Source: Eledone cirrhosa (taxonomy: Eukaryota). Taken from it: 64,000 nt of DNA. Below the pieces are notes generated by a model. It was not told the DNA's origin, made no database searches, and saw only the letters and a list, made by a program, of their open reading frames with translations. Made by a program: the position numbers and the translations under genes. The number at the start of each line of letters is the position of its first letter. The stretch's first letter is position 1. Where the stretch lies: contig OZ024744.1 in the NCBI GenBank assembly GCA_964016885.1, forward strand, positions 70,742,001 to 70,806,000, written 5' to 3'. Positions 1 through 12,483 of the stretch are shown piece by piece.

Positions 1-640
1 CTGGCTTACAGTGAGTCGTTTGATCTCGTAATTACATTGAATGGCTCTGAGTGTTTGACTTGGCCCGGTAAGTGTTATAGAATATTAGGGACATCCAAGA
101 TTGTAATATTGAATCAGTGTCAAGGTCTTTGAGTTTTGTTATAGACTTAACGAAACTTAAAGCAGTCTGTAGTATGGTGGTTGATACTGTCAAGAAAAAG
201 TAGCATTTGTTTTTGTTCTTTGTGTTTTTTAGCCTTTCTGTTACTGAGTTAGTGCTGTCTCAATGTTGAGGTGGAAAGCGTTTTTAATGTTAGATATGAA
301 AGCGTATACAGTTTTGCTGATTACACCCAGATCAATTTTGGAAGGGTTGATTAGTTTGGATGAAAGAATGTTAATTAAATTTCGCTTGTAGTCATTAAGT
401 GTGACGTAACAGCTGTTATGTGTAAGAAGGTTTACTCTATTTCGATAGTTAACTCAGTGGATATTTTGGGATGTGTTGTTGCTGTCATTCAGTGCAGCAT
501 ATTTGTACTGCTTTTGTTTTGTTTTGCTTTTGTTGGTGTTTTTTTATATGTTAGAAATAAAGTTATGGATGAGAAGATGATTAGATGATTTGAGTTTTGT
601 CTGATCCGACGAAACTATTTTGAATATATTTAATATATTT
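1..640 (-). mobile_element. Degenerate Penelope-like element, RT N-terminal remnant
   Basis: Minus-strand translation gives CYVTLNDYK and KLINPSKIDLGVISK, matching the PLE motif FITLKDHK...RLINPAKSELGKISK. Frame is broken and boundaries are approximate. Confidence 0.65.
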
Positions 641-724
641 ATTTTATGCTTCATTTCTTCTTGAAAAAAGTTCGCCAAAAGCAATAAAATCCTGAAATAG
701 CAGGAATTATGAACAAGCTATTTT

Positions 725-910
725 TCACAGTTTGTGACGTTTGAGACATTTGGATAACTGGGTCGCTGGCAATGAAGTTTTTGTCATTGTTGGCAGCTCG
801 CTTTACCGATATATTAGCTGGTGCATGCGAAAGTGCTTGATTATTCCAGCGCCTTATCCTCGCTACCATCCACGAAAATGCAGCGAACATGTTGGCTTGT
901 CTCAAATATT
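725..910 (+). mobile_element. CRE-clade LINE 3' fragment (end of restriction-like endonuclease)
   Basis: Translates ...ETFG...KFLSLLAARF...LFQRLILATIHENAANML, similar to the CRE fragment at 58540-58790. Confidence 0.55.
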
Positions 911-1329
911 ATTAGAAGGAAACTCCAGCGCCACACGTTTTGGCGTGTGATCAAGTAAGTAGGTCTTCTCACAACCCATCTTTTTCTTTTATTTTCCTCT
1001 TTGAAAAAATACACACCATTTGTTTGATGCTAGAGTAAATTATAGAAACAGGCATTGCATTAATACACGTTATTGAGTTATATTGGTAACTAACACTGGT
1101 AAATGACTGTACAATAATTAGTGTTAATACAGGATGTGTTTTATTCATTTTCCATATCAACCTGCTTCCATCTGATATAGATATGTCATTTACTTTAAGA
1201 AGATTCAAATTCATTATCAGACTATCTTGCCAATAAACAAAAGACAAGGGAAAAGCAAGTCGAAAAGTAACTTTTTATCTCCCTTCTCCGCTGTTCAAAC
1301 AAGATCAGCTATATATTACTGTCAGTACA

Positions 1330-1860
1330 GATGGAAATCTTTTTAATCTTAAATTACTTGCTTATCAAAGTCAGCCTTGAACGATGTCATCAGAAAGATC
1401 TTTGAGGTGGTCCGTTTCCCGTTAAAACTGGAACATACTGGCCTCGACCGTAGTGATGGTAAGTTGCCAGACAAGATAACCCTTTTCCCGTTCGAAGGAG
1501 GTAAATCTCTAATCTGGGACGCCACATGTTGCAACACATTCTCCGCCTCTGGCCATGTCACTTCATCCACAAATCCGGGCACTGTTGCTCATAACAAAGA
1601 GGCGAGAAAGATAGGACTTAACCAATTGCTTTCTTTTCATAGCGGTCGCCGGTTATCAGACTGCTGTTTTCCTCCCCAAAATCGGGAGTGCATCTCGCCT
1701 GAGAAAGGAGCCCTGCAAGGTGGAGCGGTTAAAGCAACAAGTTTCGCTAGCTGTTTTCCGCAGCAATGCTTTCGCCATCTTGTCCGCGGGGCGCAGCTAA
1801 GAAATACTGCATAGACATGGATGTATAGTTTTCCCCACCCTTCCTCCTTCACCTTTTAAC
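1330..1860 (+). mobile_element. CRE-clade LINE 3' fragment (RLE domain)
   Basis: ALNDVIRK...LEHTGLDRSDGKLPDKITLFPFEGGKSLIWDATCC is a PD-(D/E)xK RLE; homologous to 33878-34440. Confidence 0.8.
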
Positions 1861-2189
1861 ATTATTTTATTTGTTGCTGTCTATCGTCACCTTTGGCTTC
1901 ATAATTTACTCAATTAAAAGCAGCCGTAGGAACCCCACTGGTTGGAAAAAAAAAGAAAATTTACAAAATATGTTGTTTATACAAAGATTATTTGAATTTA
2001 AATATTGTATTTGTGGAACCATATATGTAATGCTGCATATAGAAATACAAAAAAAAGTAAAACCTAATATGTATTTTGTTTTATTAAAACATCATTTATT
2101 TCCAATTTGTCTTATTTAGGTCTTTACTTTCACACTAGAATATTTAATTTGTTCGTTAAACAACAGGCTATGCACTAGAATGCATGAAA

Positions 2190-2618
<429 letters not shown>

Positions 2619-2619
2619 A

Positions 2620-2868
2620 AGCAGAAGGGATATTCAATTTGATGGTAATTCAACAAATATAAATGTTTATATCTGATTCAGAGCGCTCTACAGATTTTTC
2701 TGGAGTATAATATTCAATGATATTAAATCAATGGAAACTATATTTATAAAACCATATTTATTCTATTATATATATTTCAAGGGTTCCAAAATGTTGGTAC
2801 CCTTGAAATATATATAATAGAATAAATATGGTTTTATAAATATAGTTTCCATTTATTTAATATCATTG
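2620..2868. mobile_element. Fold-back mini-element: 154-bp palindrome (2715-2868) plus one-sided tail, in (TA)n
   Basis: Near-perfect inverted arms around loop AATG (2790-2793). Each arm reads hairpin-GAAA-TATATA-TA, the 3' half of a minimal hammerhead. Confidence 0.75.
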
Positions 2869-2885
2869 TATATATATATATGTAA

Positions 2886-2915
<30 letters not shown>

Positions 2916-2916
<1 letters not shown>

Positions 2917-3119
2917 ACGATGGAGTTGTGGTAAGGAACCAGATGAACCATAACGCACCAGAGTACTCAATACTTAGGATAGTAGAGTGGGTAATGGGAA
3001 AAAGTATGACCGCGACGGCAGAGCTCAAGCCGTTTCGACGGCTATTTCAGGACGCGAAAGTCCAGAAATAGCCGTCGAAACGGCTTGAGCTCTGCCGTCG
3101 GGGTCATACTTTTTTCCAT
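2916..3119. mobile_element. Fold-back mini-element family F, copy 1 (palindrome 2994-3119, tail 2916-2993)
   Basis: Inverted arms; GAAA-CGGC-ttgagctct-GCCG-TC at 3077-3099 is HHR stem III plus a GUC site. Homologous to 16426-16628 and 61277-61472; flanked by (TA)n. Confidence 0.85.
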
Positions 3120-3364
3120 ATATATATATAAACACTTCTCCCTAAGACGAACCCACAACATACACACGTCAACATACATACCTACATCATCACACATCTC
3201 TACCCACATATAAAACAATGACATACGTAAACACACATGTTCTATGGTGCAACACAAATATACACAAATTTGCATACCTTTTGATGTCTATAGATATAAA
3301 CGTGCCGACACACACACATACATAAACGCACACATGCATTGCACACTGATGGGCACATACATTT

Positions 3365-3735
3365 TTGTGCACAGGTATTCCAATACGGCAAAGCCTAATG
3401 AATTCCCCTTGCAGTACGTGCAATCTGGACACACTCCAGATACATATTTGTACACAGGTATACAATTTCTGGACACACTCCAGATACATATTTGTGCCCA
3501 GGTATTCCAATACGGCAAGGCCTTACAATCTGGACACACTCCAGATACATATTTGTGCACAGGTATACAATTTCTGGACACACTCCAGATGCATGTGTAC
3601 AATTTGTGCACAAGTGTACAGTTTGTGCACAGGTATACAATTTCTGGACACACTCCAGATACATATTTGTGCACAGGTATTCCAATACGACAAGGCCTAA
3701 GGATCCCCTTTTCAGTACGTACAATCTGGACACAC
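3365..3735. repeat. Minisatellite, ~43-bp unit (CAATTTCTGGACACACTCCAGATACATATTTGTGCACAGGTATA)
   Basis: About 5-6 imperfect tandem copies visible. Confidence 0.85.
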
Positions 3736-3972
3736 ACACACACACTCACACACACCTTGGTATTATGCCAATACTATATATCATTTCACACCTTTTATTA
3801 TTAAGGTTTTTGATGTTCTATTGAGAGAATCGATTTCACTGAAAATATCGAATAATGTACACCATTTTACCAGGAAAAAAATACTGGTCCACCCACACAC
3901 ACACACATTCACACACACATGCACACATATATACACACACACATACACACGCGTACATTAACATACAAAGAG

Positions 3973-4044
<72 letters not shown>

Positions 4045-4941
4045 CTCCGTATAAGACAAGAGCTGAAAAATATCTTTTAACATGTTAAAATATCCCCCAC
4101 TCACTTACAGACACATTCCTACTGACCATCCCTCTACCACGAATTAGTCTGCTACACACACACACACACACACACACTTGTCTTAATAGGCATTTGAACT
4201 GGCAACAGGCTGCGGTTCGCACACACATCCCTGCTGACCATTATCACAACGAACACTTTACTACTACTACTACACACACACACACACACATATTTGTTGT
4301 GAACGAGTCATTTCTCAGTCAGCCGACACAAACCTACATTTGGCGCAAAATCAATTTTTTACATTCACATGACCTCTACCGACCAATCAAAATTGTTTTG
4401 ACCACAAGAATTTTTGCAACACGAATTGGCGCAAAACCTATTTTAATACCGCTGGAGCCACTTTTTTAACATAAAAACAGGTAGAATTCCCAAAACTAAT
4501 CAGATCAGAGCAAACATCACGGACGCTCTATCTCAAAATTAATTTTGAAAAGCATTAGAAATGCGCAACCGGTAAAACTTAAAACCAAAACAGAATACTA
4601 ACCAATACAATTACTAATTCTCACTTATTCCTAATTAAACTATTTTTCACTGTGAACAATTTGTCAGCATTTTCTATTCCGTTTACCAATATATAATAAC
4701 TTGTGTGTTACACCTCTATTCTTTTAAATATATATATATATACGACCTCTTCTATACCATAAACGTGGTTCTGTCTTTGCGCGTAAATGTTTTTCACCGC
4801 TCCTATTAATGACGTATTATTCGTTTTTTCCCGTTCTTTGCCAGCGAACGTCACCATGAACCAAAGTATCGTCTTCCTGTCTTCCTCCGGTTGCAACGTT
4901 TTTTGAAATATCCAGTTCTGCGTTTACAGATTGACTTTGTT

Positions 4942-4992
4942 AGTTTCAGAAGCTCCCGTTAAGGGTGAAAGCAGCGATTCTTTGCTTAAACT
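4942..4992 (+). ncRNA. Degenerate/variant hammerhead motif (CAGAAG core); relative at 59180-59231
   Basis: AGTTT-CAGAAGC-TCCC..GGGT-GAAA-GCA..TGC-TT-AAACT; stems I-III pair but the core deviates from CUGANGA. Confidence 0.45.
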
Positions 4993-5772
4993 TTAATCTG
5001 TTATTTTAATAAATATTTGCTCTTCGGTTCTTATATATCTGATATATATTTTCCTTATCGAGCCCTCTTTGGATTTTAGTCTTCAATTTTATTATTATCA
5101 CTATATATATATATATATATAGTAGAATAATCGAGTATCGAAAAATCGGCGCACGAGTTCACGATAAACAAAATTCGATATGAGCGGCAGAGGGCTCCAT
5201 AATTTAGATAAATCAGAGCTATAACTATCGTTAAAATACCGTCACACATAGAACAAGTCTACAATCAACCGTACGATCGAAAATTTGCGATCCGGAAGAT
5301 TCGGGACACTCAGATATAAAATCAATAAATCAATAAATTAAATGAATGTAAAAAGCATACCCGGACCCGCTAGGAAGATGTTAAATCTAGCTTCTTGGGT
5401 TTCTGTAAATCCTTAAACTGTTCTCTATCAGCTCACATAAAAATATATAAGACTTCTAGGTACCAGTGGACAGGAAATTTACTTCTTCAACGAGCTTTGT
5501 CCAAACGAATGAAATGACATAACCCAAGCTAAATACGCACATGGAATTCGGCAAGGGAGATAACCTCTACATCCGCGAAAAATATTCGGGAAAATGTGGA
5601 AATACACATATCGAATAAGAGTGCTCAATAGACATGTTAAAATAAACAGGAGCTATTCATCATTTAATAGAATCGACAAAAAATGAACAATAAAATTAAC
5701 TGGTCAATAGCTATATATATATATATGTATATATATATATGTATATATATATGTATATATATATGTATATAT

Positions 5773-5805
<33 letters not shown>

Positions 5806-5818
5806 AATATATATATAT

Positions 5819-5876
5819 CTTTTACTCTTTTACCTGTTTCAGCCATCCGGCTGAGGCCATGCTGGGGCACCGCCCC
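5819..5876 (-). mobile_element. SINE 3'-tail fragment (similar fragment near 23700-23745)
   Basis: Minus strand GGCGGTGCCCCAGCATGGCC...GAAACAGGTAAAAGAGTAAAAG with a short-repeat tail. Confidence 0.5.
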
Positions 5877-5956
5877 TGATATATATATATATATATATAT
5901 AATGTATATATATGTGTGTATATATATATATACATATATACATATATATACACATA

Positions 5957-6084
<128 letters not shown>

Positions 6085-6126
6085 TGTGTGTCTGTGTGTG
6101 TATATATATATATATTTATATGTGAA

Positions 6127-6372
6127 GGCGCATGGCTTAGTGGTTAGAGCATTGGGCTTGCAATCGAAAGGTCTCGGACCGGGTGATGTGTTGTTTCCTT
6201 GAGCAAGACACTTTATTTCACGTTGCTCCAGTTTGCTCAGCTGTAGAAATGGGATGAAGAGGTACCGGCCTGCCCGCCCAGCCAGTGGGATGGCGTTATC
6301 TTATAGTTAAAACAGCACGGCGTGCTGTGACCAGCGGCGCCGAATGGACGTCCGATAGACTGATCGGTCAAG

Positions 6373-6376
<4 letters not shown>
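6127..6376 (+). mobile_element. tRNA-derived CORE-type SINE
   Basis: A-box TGGCTTAGTGG and CORE-like CCTTGAGCAAGACACTT...CTGTAGAAATGGG; homologous to 23332-23605. Confidence 0.75.
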
Positions 6377-6411
<35 letters not shown>

Positions 6412-6880
6412 GCGCATACACACACATATATATATGTGTGTGTATATTATATATTGTGTTTGTACACACGCACATGCACATGCAGGCATATACATATAAA
6501 TATGATTTTTTACGAATGAGTGTTTAATTTGATTTTATCTGTATAAGATATGCGCATAAATACATACATACATGCATACATACATATATACATACATACG
6601 TACATACATACATCATACATACATACATGCAAGCATACATACATATATACATACATACGTGCATACATACATCATACATACATACATGCAAGCATACATA
6701 CATACGTACATACGTACATACGTACATACATACGTACATACATATATACGTACATACATACATGCATAGATACATATATACATACATGCATACATACATA
6801 CATGATGATGATGGCTGCCCCTCGTTATCGAGTATGGCCATTGCACGAGGAGAAGAAAAAAATTAATAAATAAATAAAAA

Positions 6881-6913
<33 letters not shown>

Positions 6914-7040
6914 TGTAGGAGGTGAGTTTTATTGTAGTACAATAAAGCAATGCAGATATCGGATAAGAAGCACTCTACAGTTTGTAGGACTGGAGTATAC
7001 ATAATATAAGATCAAAAGATGGTTAAAGGAGTTCCATGTA

Positions 7041-7107
7041 TTTTATTATGCGCATTTCAAAAACAAACATCATCATGCAATAATATTTGTGTTTTCATCA
7101 GATAAAA
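7041..7107 (-). ncRNA. Minimal type I hammerhead ribozyme (left PLE arm)
   Basis: Reverse complement of 10241-10307. Confidence 0.85.
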
Positions 7108-8142
7108 CAGGAGAACATGATATGAAGGCTAAAAAACACTTGTGGATAGTGCAGTTTTAAATCAACATATGAAAAGTGGTTTTAGATTGATGTGTGATAT
7201 TGGGAAAAATATTTTATTTAGAGAGGGGGGTGGTGGAAAGGATGAAAAAGGGGAGGAGATGAGAGGGAGAGATGGGTGATAGAGAGAAAGAGATAGTTTT
7301 TATAACTGAGAGGAGATATATTGTTTTACATAGAGAGGTTGAAAACCGTTGGAAGATAATGTATAAATTAAAAAAATTTGAAAATTAACGAAGGGAGGAT
7401 ATGTGCGAGGAAAAAATATTTTATTTAGGGAGGGGGGGGGGGGGAAAGGATGAAAAAAGGGGGAGGAGATGAGAGTGAAGGTGGAGAGGGAGAGATGGGT
7501 GATAGAGAGAAAGAGATAGTTTTTATAACTGAGAAAAAGATATATTGTTTTACATAGAGAGGTTGAGAACCGTTGGAAGATAATGTATAAATTAAAGGAA
7601 TTTGAAAATTAACGAAGGGAATTTATGTATGAAGATAGAGAGAAAAAATAATAATTGTGGATGAATATTCTAACGTCAAAAAAAGTGTATGTTGATAAGT
7701 ATTGTGGCAATTTCAAAATTAACGAAGAGAAAAATTATTAAGGTTTGTGTGTAGAAGGATTTGAGAAAAATAATGTGAAGTTAAAGTTTGTATATTGAAG
7801 GAATTGATAATATATGCGAATAAAGAGTTAATATGTATTAAGAATGAGTTCGTTGATGGGGAGAAAAAAAATAATAAATTAAGGATGAAATTGAGATTAA
7901 AAAGATTTATGATAGAGAGAAAAAATAATAATGATTGCGGATGAATATTCTAACGTCAAAAAAACAAATGTATATGTTATGAAGGATTTTACAAGGTGAA
8001 GATAGAATGAGGGTAATGAGTAAACAAGTATTATATAGTGTATAATGCCCTTTAAAGTAAGGTAGGAAGATGGGTATATTTTAAAGAGGTGTATGTATAT
8101 GTGCCTTTGAGAAAAGATTCTAAATTGATAAAGAATTGAATA

Positions 8143-9324
8143 TTAACTGTATACTTTGTGAAAAGTCCTATGGAATTTATGCAGGCAGATAGAAAACAAA
8201 TCTGTACGTCTATTTATTATAGAATCTAGGTTAGAGATAATGGTAAATTTTTCATTTAGGCAGAGATTACAGATTTTAGATAGAGAGCTGTTCAAGTATG
8301 AGGATGCAGAAGAAACCTTCTTCCAAAAGATGGTATATTTAATGTTTTTGTCTTTTAAGGACCATATGAGTTCTGAGAGAGCAGTGTTGGTTCTTTTAAG
8401 TTTGTATTTGAAAGATGAATGATGATTATAGAGACGATCTTTAAAAGAGGTGGAAGTGGAGCCAAAATAGGTGAAGGAATTGGTGCTAGTTATAATTTTA
8501 CATTCATAAATTAAGTTTTTATCGAGACAATGGTTGTTGAGAGGACATTTATTTTTAATGCGGCAGTTGCAATTAGAGAGATTATTAATGAGTGACCTAG
8601 TGTTATCTATAGAAGGAATTGGATTGGAGAAGTTGTTTGCGATAGGAATAATAGGAATAATAGTTTCTTGATTTAGAGTTGGATTATGAACATTTAGCGA
8701 AGTTGTGTTTGACGTTGTATTTGGGTTTACAGAAGTTAGCCTAGGGTTTACAATGACGTCGGGAGTACTATTACTGTTATTATGAAATTCAATGTTGGAA
8801 GGAAGAGATTTAGTATTTAGTATTTTATTGTTGTGTTTAGAGATGATGTTGGAAATATTGGAGGATGTAGAATAAGAAAATTTGATGGTGTGTTTGTTAA
8901 ATATTTTACTATAGATATGTGAGGGAGGGAAGCATTTATTTAAGGCACTAAAAAATAATTTAGGAATATTGTTATTAATAGAGATGGAGAAAGGAGCATT
9001 ATACCAGATTATGTTTTTGTATCTAGGTCTTTTATTAAAATTATTGGAATGATCATGATTAATTATTCTACTGTAAGTTTTTCTAGAATTTGTTTCTTTA
9101 CTATATTTGATTTTATCTGGATAGCCGGCTTTAGAAAGTGCGTTATTATAGTAATTGGCGTTAGCATCAAAGATGTTTTTATTAGAGGATATGTTAGATA
9201 TTCTTTTTCCAATATTACTAACTATAGCATTCTTGATATTGGTAGGATGGTTAGATTTAAAGTTAACATAATTTAGGTTCTCATTGTTTTTATGGTAAGG
9301 GTAATATAGGCCAGTGTCAAAATT
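8143..9324 (-). CDS. PLE polyprotein C-terminal part: RT thumb, Cys-rich linker, GIY-YIG endonuclease (5'-truncated, no start codon)
   Basis: Manual translation is stop-free for ~394 codons: YPYHK..YVNFKSNHP..RISNISS..IIWYNAPFS..CNCRIKNKCPLNNHCL..LIYEC..YFGST..FKDRLYNH..CNLCLNEK..NRRTDLFSICLH, stop at 8143-8145. Confidence 0.9.
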   Translation of the reverse strand, partial: NFDTGLYYPYHKNNENLNYVNFKSNHPTNIKNAIVSNIGKRISNISSNKNIFDANANYYNNALSKAGYPDKIKYSKETNSRKTYSRIINHDHSNNFNKRPRYKNIIWYNAPFSISINNNIPKLFFSALNKCFPPSHIYSKIFNKHTIKFSYSTSSNISNIISKHNNKILNTKSLPSNIEFHNNSNSTPDVIVNPRLTSVNPNTTSNTTSLNVHNPTLNQETIIPIIPIANNFSNPIPSIDNTRSLINNLSNCNCRIKNKCPLNNHCLDKNLIYECKIITSTNSFTYFGSTSTSFKDRLYNHHSSFKYKLKRTNTALSELIWSLKDKNIKYTIFWKKVSSASSYLNSSLSKICNLCLNEKFTIISNLDSIINRRTDLFSICLHKFHRTFHKVYS

Positions 9325-9398
9325 TATTCAATTTGATATTGCCAGCTACTATTCCTCCATTTCGCCTTCACTTCTCAATAATGCTCTATCTTTCGCAC
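9320..9398 (+). pseudogene. Inverted PLE RT fragment (KFIQFDIASYYSSISPSLLNNALSFA)
   Basis: RT motif FDIxxxYxSI, in opposite orientation to the adjacent GIY-YIG frame. Confidence 0.8.
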
Positions 9399-10240
9399 TA
9401 TATATATTATTATTATTATTTTTATTTTTTCTCTCTATCATAAATCTTTTTAATCTCAATTTCATCCTTAATTTATTATTTTTTTTCTCCCCATCAACGA
9501 ACTCATTCTTAATACATATTAACTCTTTATTCGCATATATTATCAATTCCTTCAATATACAAACTTTAACTTCACATTATTTTTCTCAAATCCTTCTACA
9601 CACAAACCTTAATAATTTTTCTCTTCGTTAATTTTGAAATTGCCACAATACTTATCAACATACACTTTTTTTGACGTTAGAATATTCATCCACAATTATT
9701 ATTTTTTCTCTCTATCTTCATACATAAATTCCCTTCGTTAATTTTCAAATTCCTTTAATTTATACATTATCTTCCAACGGTTCTCAACCTCTCTATGTAA
9801 AACAATATATCTTTTTCTCAGTTATAAAAACTATCTCTTTCTCTCTATCACCCATCTCTCCCTCTCCACCTTCACTCTCATCTCCTCCCCCTTTTTTCAT
9901 CCTTTCCACCCCCCCCCTCCCTAAATAAAATATGTTTTCCTCGCACATATCCTCCCTTCGTTAATTTTCAAATTTTTTTAATTTATACATTATCTTCCAA
10001 CGGTTTTCAACCTCTCTATGTAAAACAATATATCTCCTCTCAGTTATAAAAACTATCTCTTTCTCTCTATCACCCATCTCTCCCTCTCATCTCCTCCCCT
10101 TTTTCATCCTTTCCACCCCTCCCTCTCTAAATAAAATATTTTTCCCAATATCACACATCAATCTAAAACCACTTTTCATATGTTGATTTAAAACTGCACT
10201 ATCCACAAGTGTTTTTTAGCCTTCATATCATGTTCTCCTG

Positions 10241-10307
10241 TTTTATCTGATGAAAACACAAATATTATTGCATGATGATGTTTGTTTTTGAAATGCGCAT
10301 AATAAAA
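10241..10307 (+). ncRNA. Minimal type I hammerhead ribozyme (right PLE arm)
   Basis: TTTTAT-CTGATGA-long stem II (caaatattat/atgatgtttg)-GAAA-TGCGCA-TA-ATAAAA; palindromic stem III loop. Confidence 0.85.
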
Positions 10308-10546
10308 TACATGGAACTCCTTTAACCATCTTTTGATCTTATATTATATATACATATATATATATACATACACATACATATACATACATACACACACACA
10401 TATATACACACATATACATTAATAACAATAATAATAATAACAACAATAATAATAACGACAACAACAATTATAATATACATATATATATATACACATACAC
10501 GCACATACATAAACATATCTATACACACACACACACACGATAGCAA

Positions 10547-11860
10547 CTAACAGCGCTGCGATCGAATGTGGCTTTTTAGCCCAGCCAATGATCTAAAATG
10601 TCTTGCACAGAGTCGGCAACCAAAACATTCACTGGGAATAGTCGGCTGTGGTTAGAGTTCGTGTACCTTTGCATGTCACTTGAGCCCTCCTGCTGATTTA
10701 CATTCTCTACCACATGTTTGGCAAGCATGATGAGTAGCATCTCCAACAGCAACCTGGTAGTCAACCACTGGTCTTACTTTATGACTGTGAAGATGACTTT
10801 CGAGTCCAGCTTTGCTTAGGCAGAGTCTCGCACATACGCTGCATGTCAGCACCATAGGAGGACCCTCGCCGTCTGGAAGTGCAACAGCAATGCCCTTCCT
10901 CACATCCCGCTTTACTTTCTCGTATGCGATTCGAGATGCCTCAAAGGCAACTTTTCCCTCATATACAGTCTTTCTCCATTTATTACGATCAGCAGCAATA
11001 TTTTCCCATGTATCAGCAGAGATGTTAGCATCTTTCAGAGAGGCTTTCAAGGAATCCTTATACCTCTTTTTTGGTTTATGTGGCGGTTGTTTTCCTTTAA
11101 CCAACTCTCCATAAAAGAGTTGTTTTGGTATTCTAGAATCCTTCATCCTGGCAAGGTGACCACTCCAACGGAGTCGTTGCTTAAGCACAAGAGCTTCTAT
11201 ACTGTCACACATAGAGCTTTCCAAAATCTCGACATCACTGATGTGATCCCTCCAGTGAACGCCATGGATCCGTCTGAGACACATCTGATGGAAACGCTCC
11301 AATTGCTTAAGGTGGTGTCGATATGTGACCCAAGTCTCGCAGGCATAAAAAAGACAAGAGAGCACACATGCCCTGTACACCTTTACCTTTGTCCTCCTGC
11401 ATATGTCTCGCCGACCACAGAGTCGCCTTTCTAGCTTTCCGAAATGATCACTTGCTTTCCTAATCCTAAGTGAGATTTCACTGTCAAGGTTGCTGTCTCG
11501 ATTGACAGTGCTTCTCAGGTAGACAAACTGATCAACCACTCCAAGTCGTTTACCATACACATAGATATTTGGTTCAGTGTACTGCTTACCAGGGACAGGT
11601 TGGTACATGACGACGGTTTTCTTGAGACTGACAGTCAATCCCAGGGCAGTGCAAGCGTCAGAAAATGCATTCAAAATGTGCTGCATATCACTCTCTGTGT
11701 ACGCTACAAGATCGCAATCATCTGCATACAAGAAGTCTCTTATGATTGATGTAAATACTTTTGTCTTTGCAGCAAAGCGCCTGATGTTAAATATGCTGCC
11801 TGAGGTTCGATATCGGATGTAAACACCATGCTCGCAATTCCTGAATGCAATACAGAAAAT
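10547..11860 (-). mobile_element. RTE (BovB-like) LINE, 5'-truncated; RT C-half and C2H2-like fingers
   Basis: ORF 10676-12055 contains DFLYADDCDLVA, GLTVSLKKT, QRLRWSGHLARM, CSVCARLC and CQTCGREC. Its N-terminus is microsatellite read-through. Confidence 0.92.
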
Positions 11861-11930
11861 ACATACATACATACATACATACATACATACATACATACAT
11901 ACATACATACATACATACATACATACATAC

Positions 11931-12483
11931 ATGGTGGCTGCCAACTCGTTTTCGAGTACGGCCACTACTTTATATCCATGTAGGAGAACCCCTACCGATG
12001 CGCTGAACGAGTGTGACTTTTTAGTCCAGCCAGCGACTTGAAAACTCTGGTACAAACACTACACTTGTGACAATTATTGACACATAGTGCTGGGCCCATG
12101 GTACCATGTAACGACAAGTGCAGAGAGATCTCCAGACATAAAGCAATGCCTGCGCCGTGAAGCTTTTATAGTGAGCAAAGGCACTGCACAAAGCCAGTCC
12201 CACTCTCTTAACCAAGATGATATTTACCAAAAAGAAGAACAAGTCAACATCATTGGATACCATCAGGGTTGCAGGTGTTATATCAGAGTTTTCCTTCTCC
12301 TAGAATTCTGCCTTGACAAAGGTTAAGGGGTCATCTCTCCCGGTGATTTTGGATGGCCATTGACTCTTAAGAGCTCCTTTGCCCTTTGACAGGTTTTGTT
12401 TTTATTCCTGCAGGATGTCCAAAGTCACCCTCCTCACCAAGAAACCTTGGTGGGGTTGCCAGTTTAGTCACCAACGACCCGAC
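11931..12483 (-). mobile_element. Non-autonomous RTE-related ~550-bp element, copy 1
   Basis: Near-identical to 28336-28909. Its 5' part resembles the leader of the RTE at 17271-17490; it ends in a CTCGAAAACGAG hairpin followed by (GTAT)n. Confidence 0.7.

Larger units (their letters stand above)
6911..10347. mobile_element. Penelope-like element with ~930-bp inverted pLTR-like arms (7001-7928 / 9422-10347)
   Basis: Arms are near-identical reverse complements and enclose a GIY-YIG frame plus an inverted RT fragment. One HHR per arm; left arm has ~90 extra terminal bp; (TA)n-type flanks. Confidence 0.92.

Noticed and set aside
969-1247. 92-aa minus-strand ORF as host exon
   Set aside because: No recognisable domain and weak splice sites; cannot be supported without RNA data.
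5390-5530. CTTGGGT/ACCCAAG stem with GAAA-TGACA-TA as hammerhead
   Set aside because: No CUGANGA adjacent to the stem on that strand.
6127-6200. Functional tRNA genes at SINE heads
   Set aside because: Cloverleaf is incomplete and continues into SINE body sequence.
10676-12055. 459-aa ORF as an intact gene
   Set aside because: It is a fusion of a repeat end, (GTAT)n and a 5'-truncated RTE.
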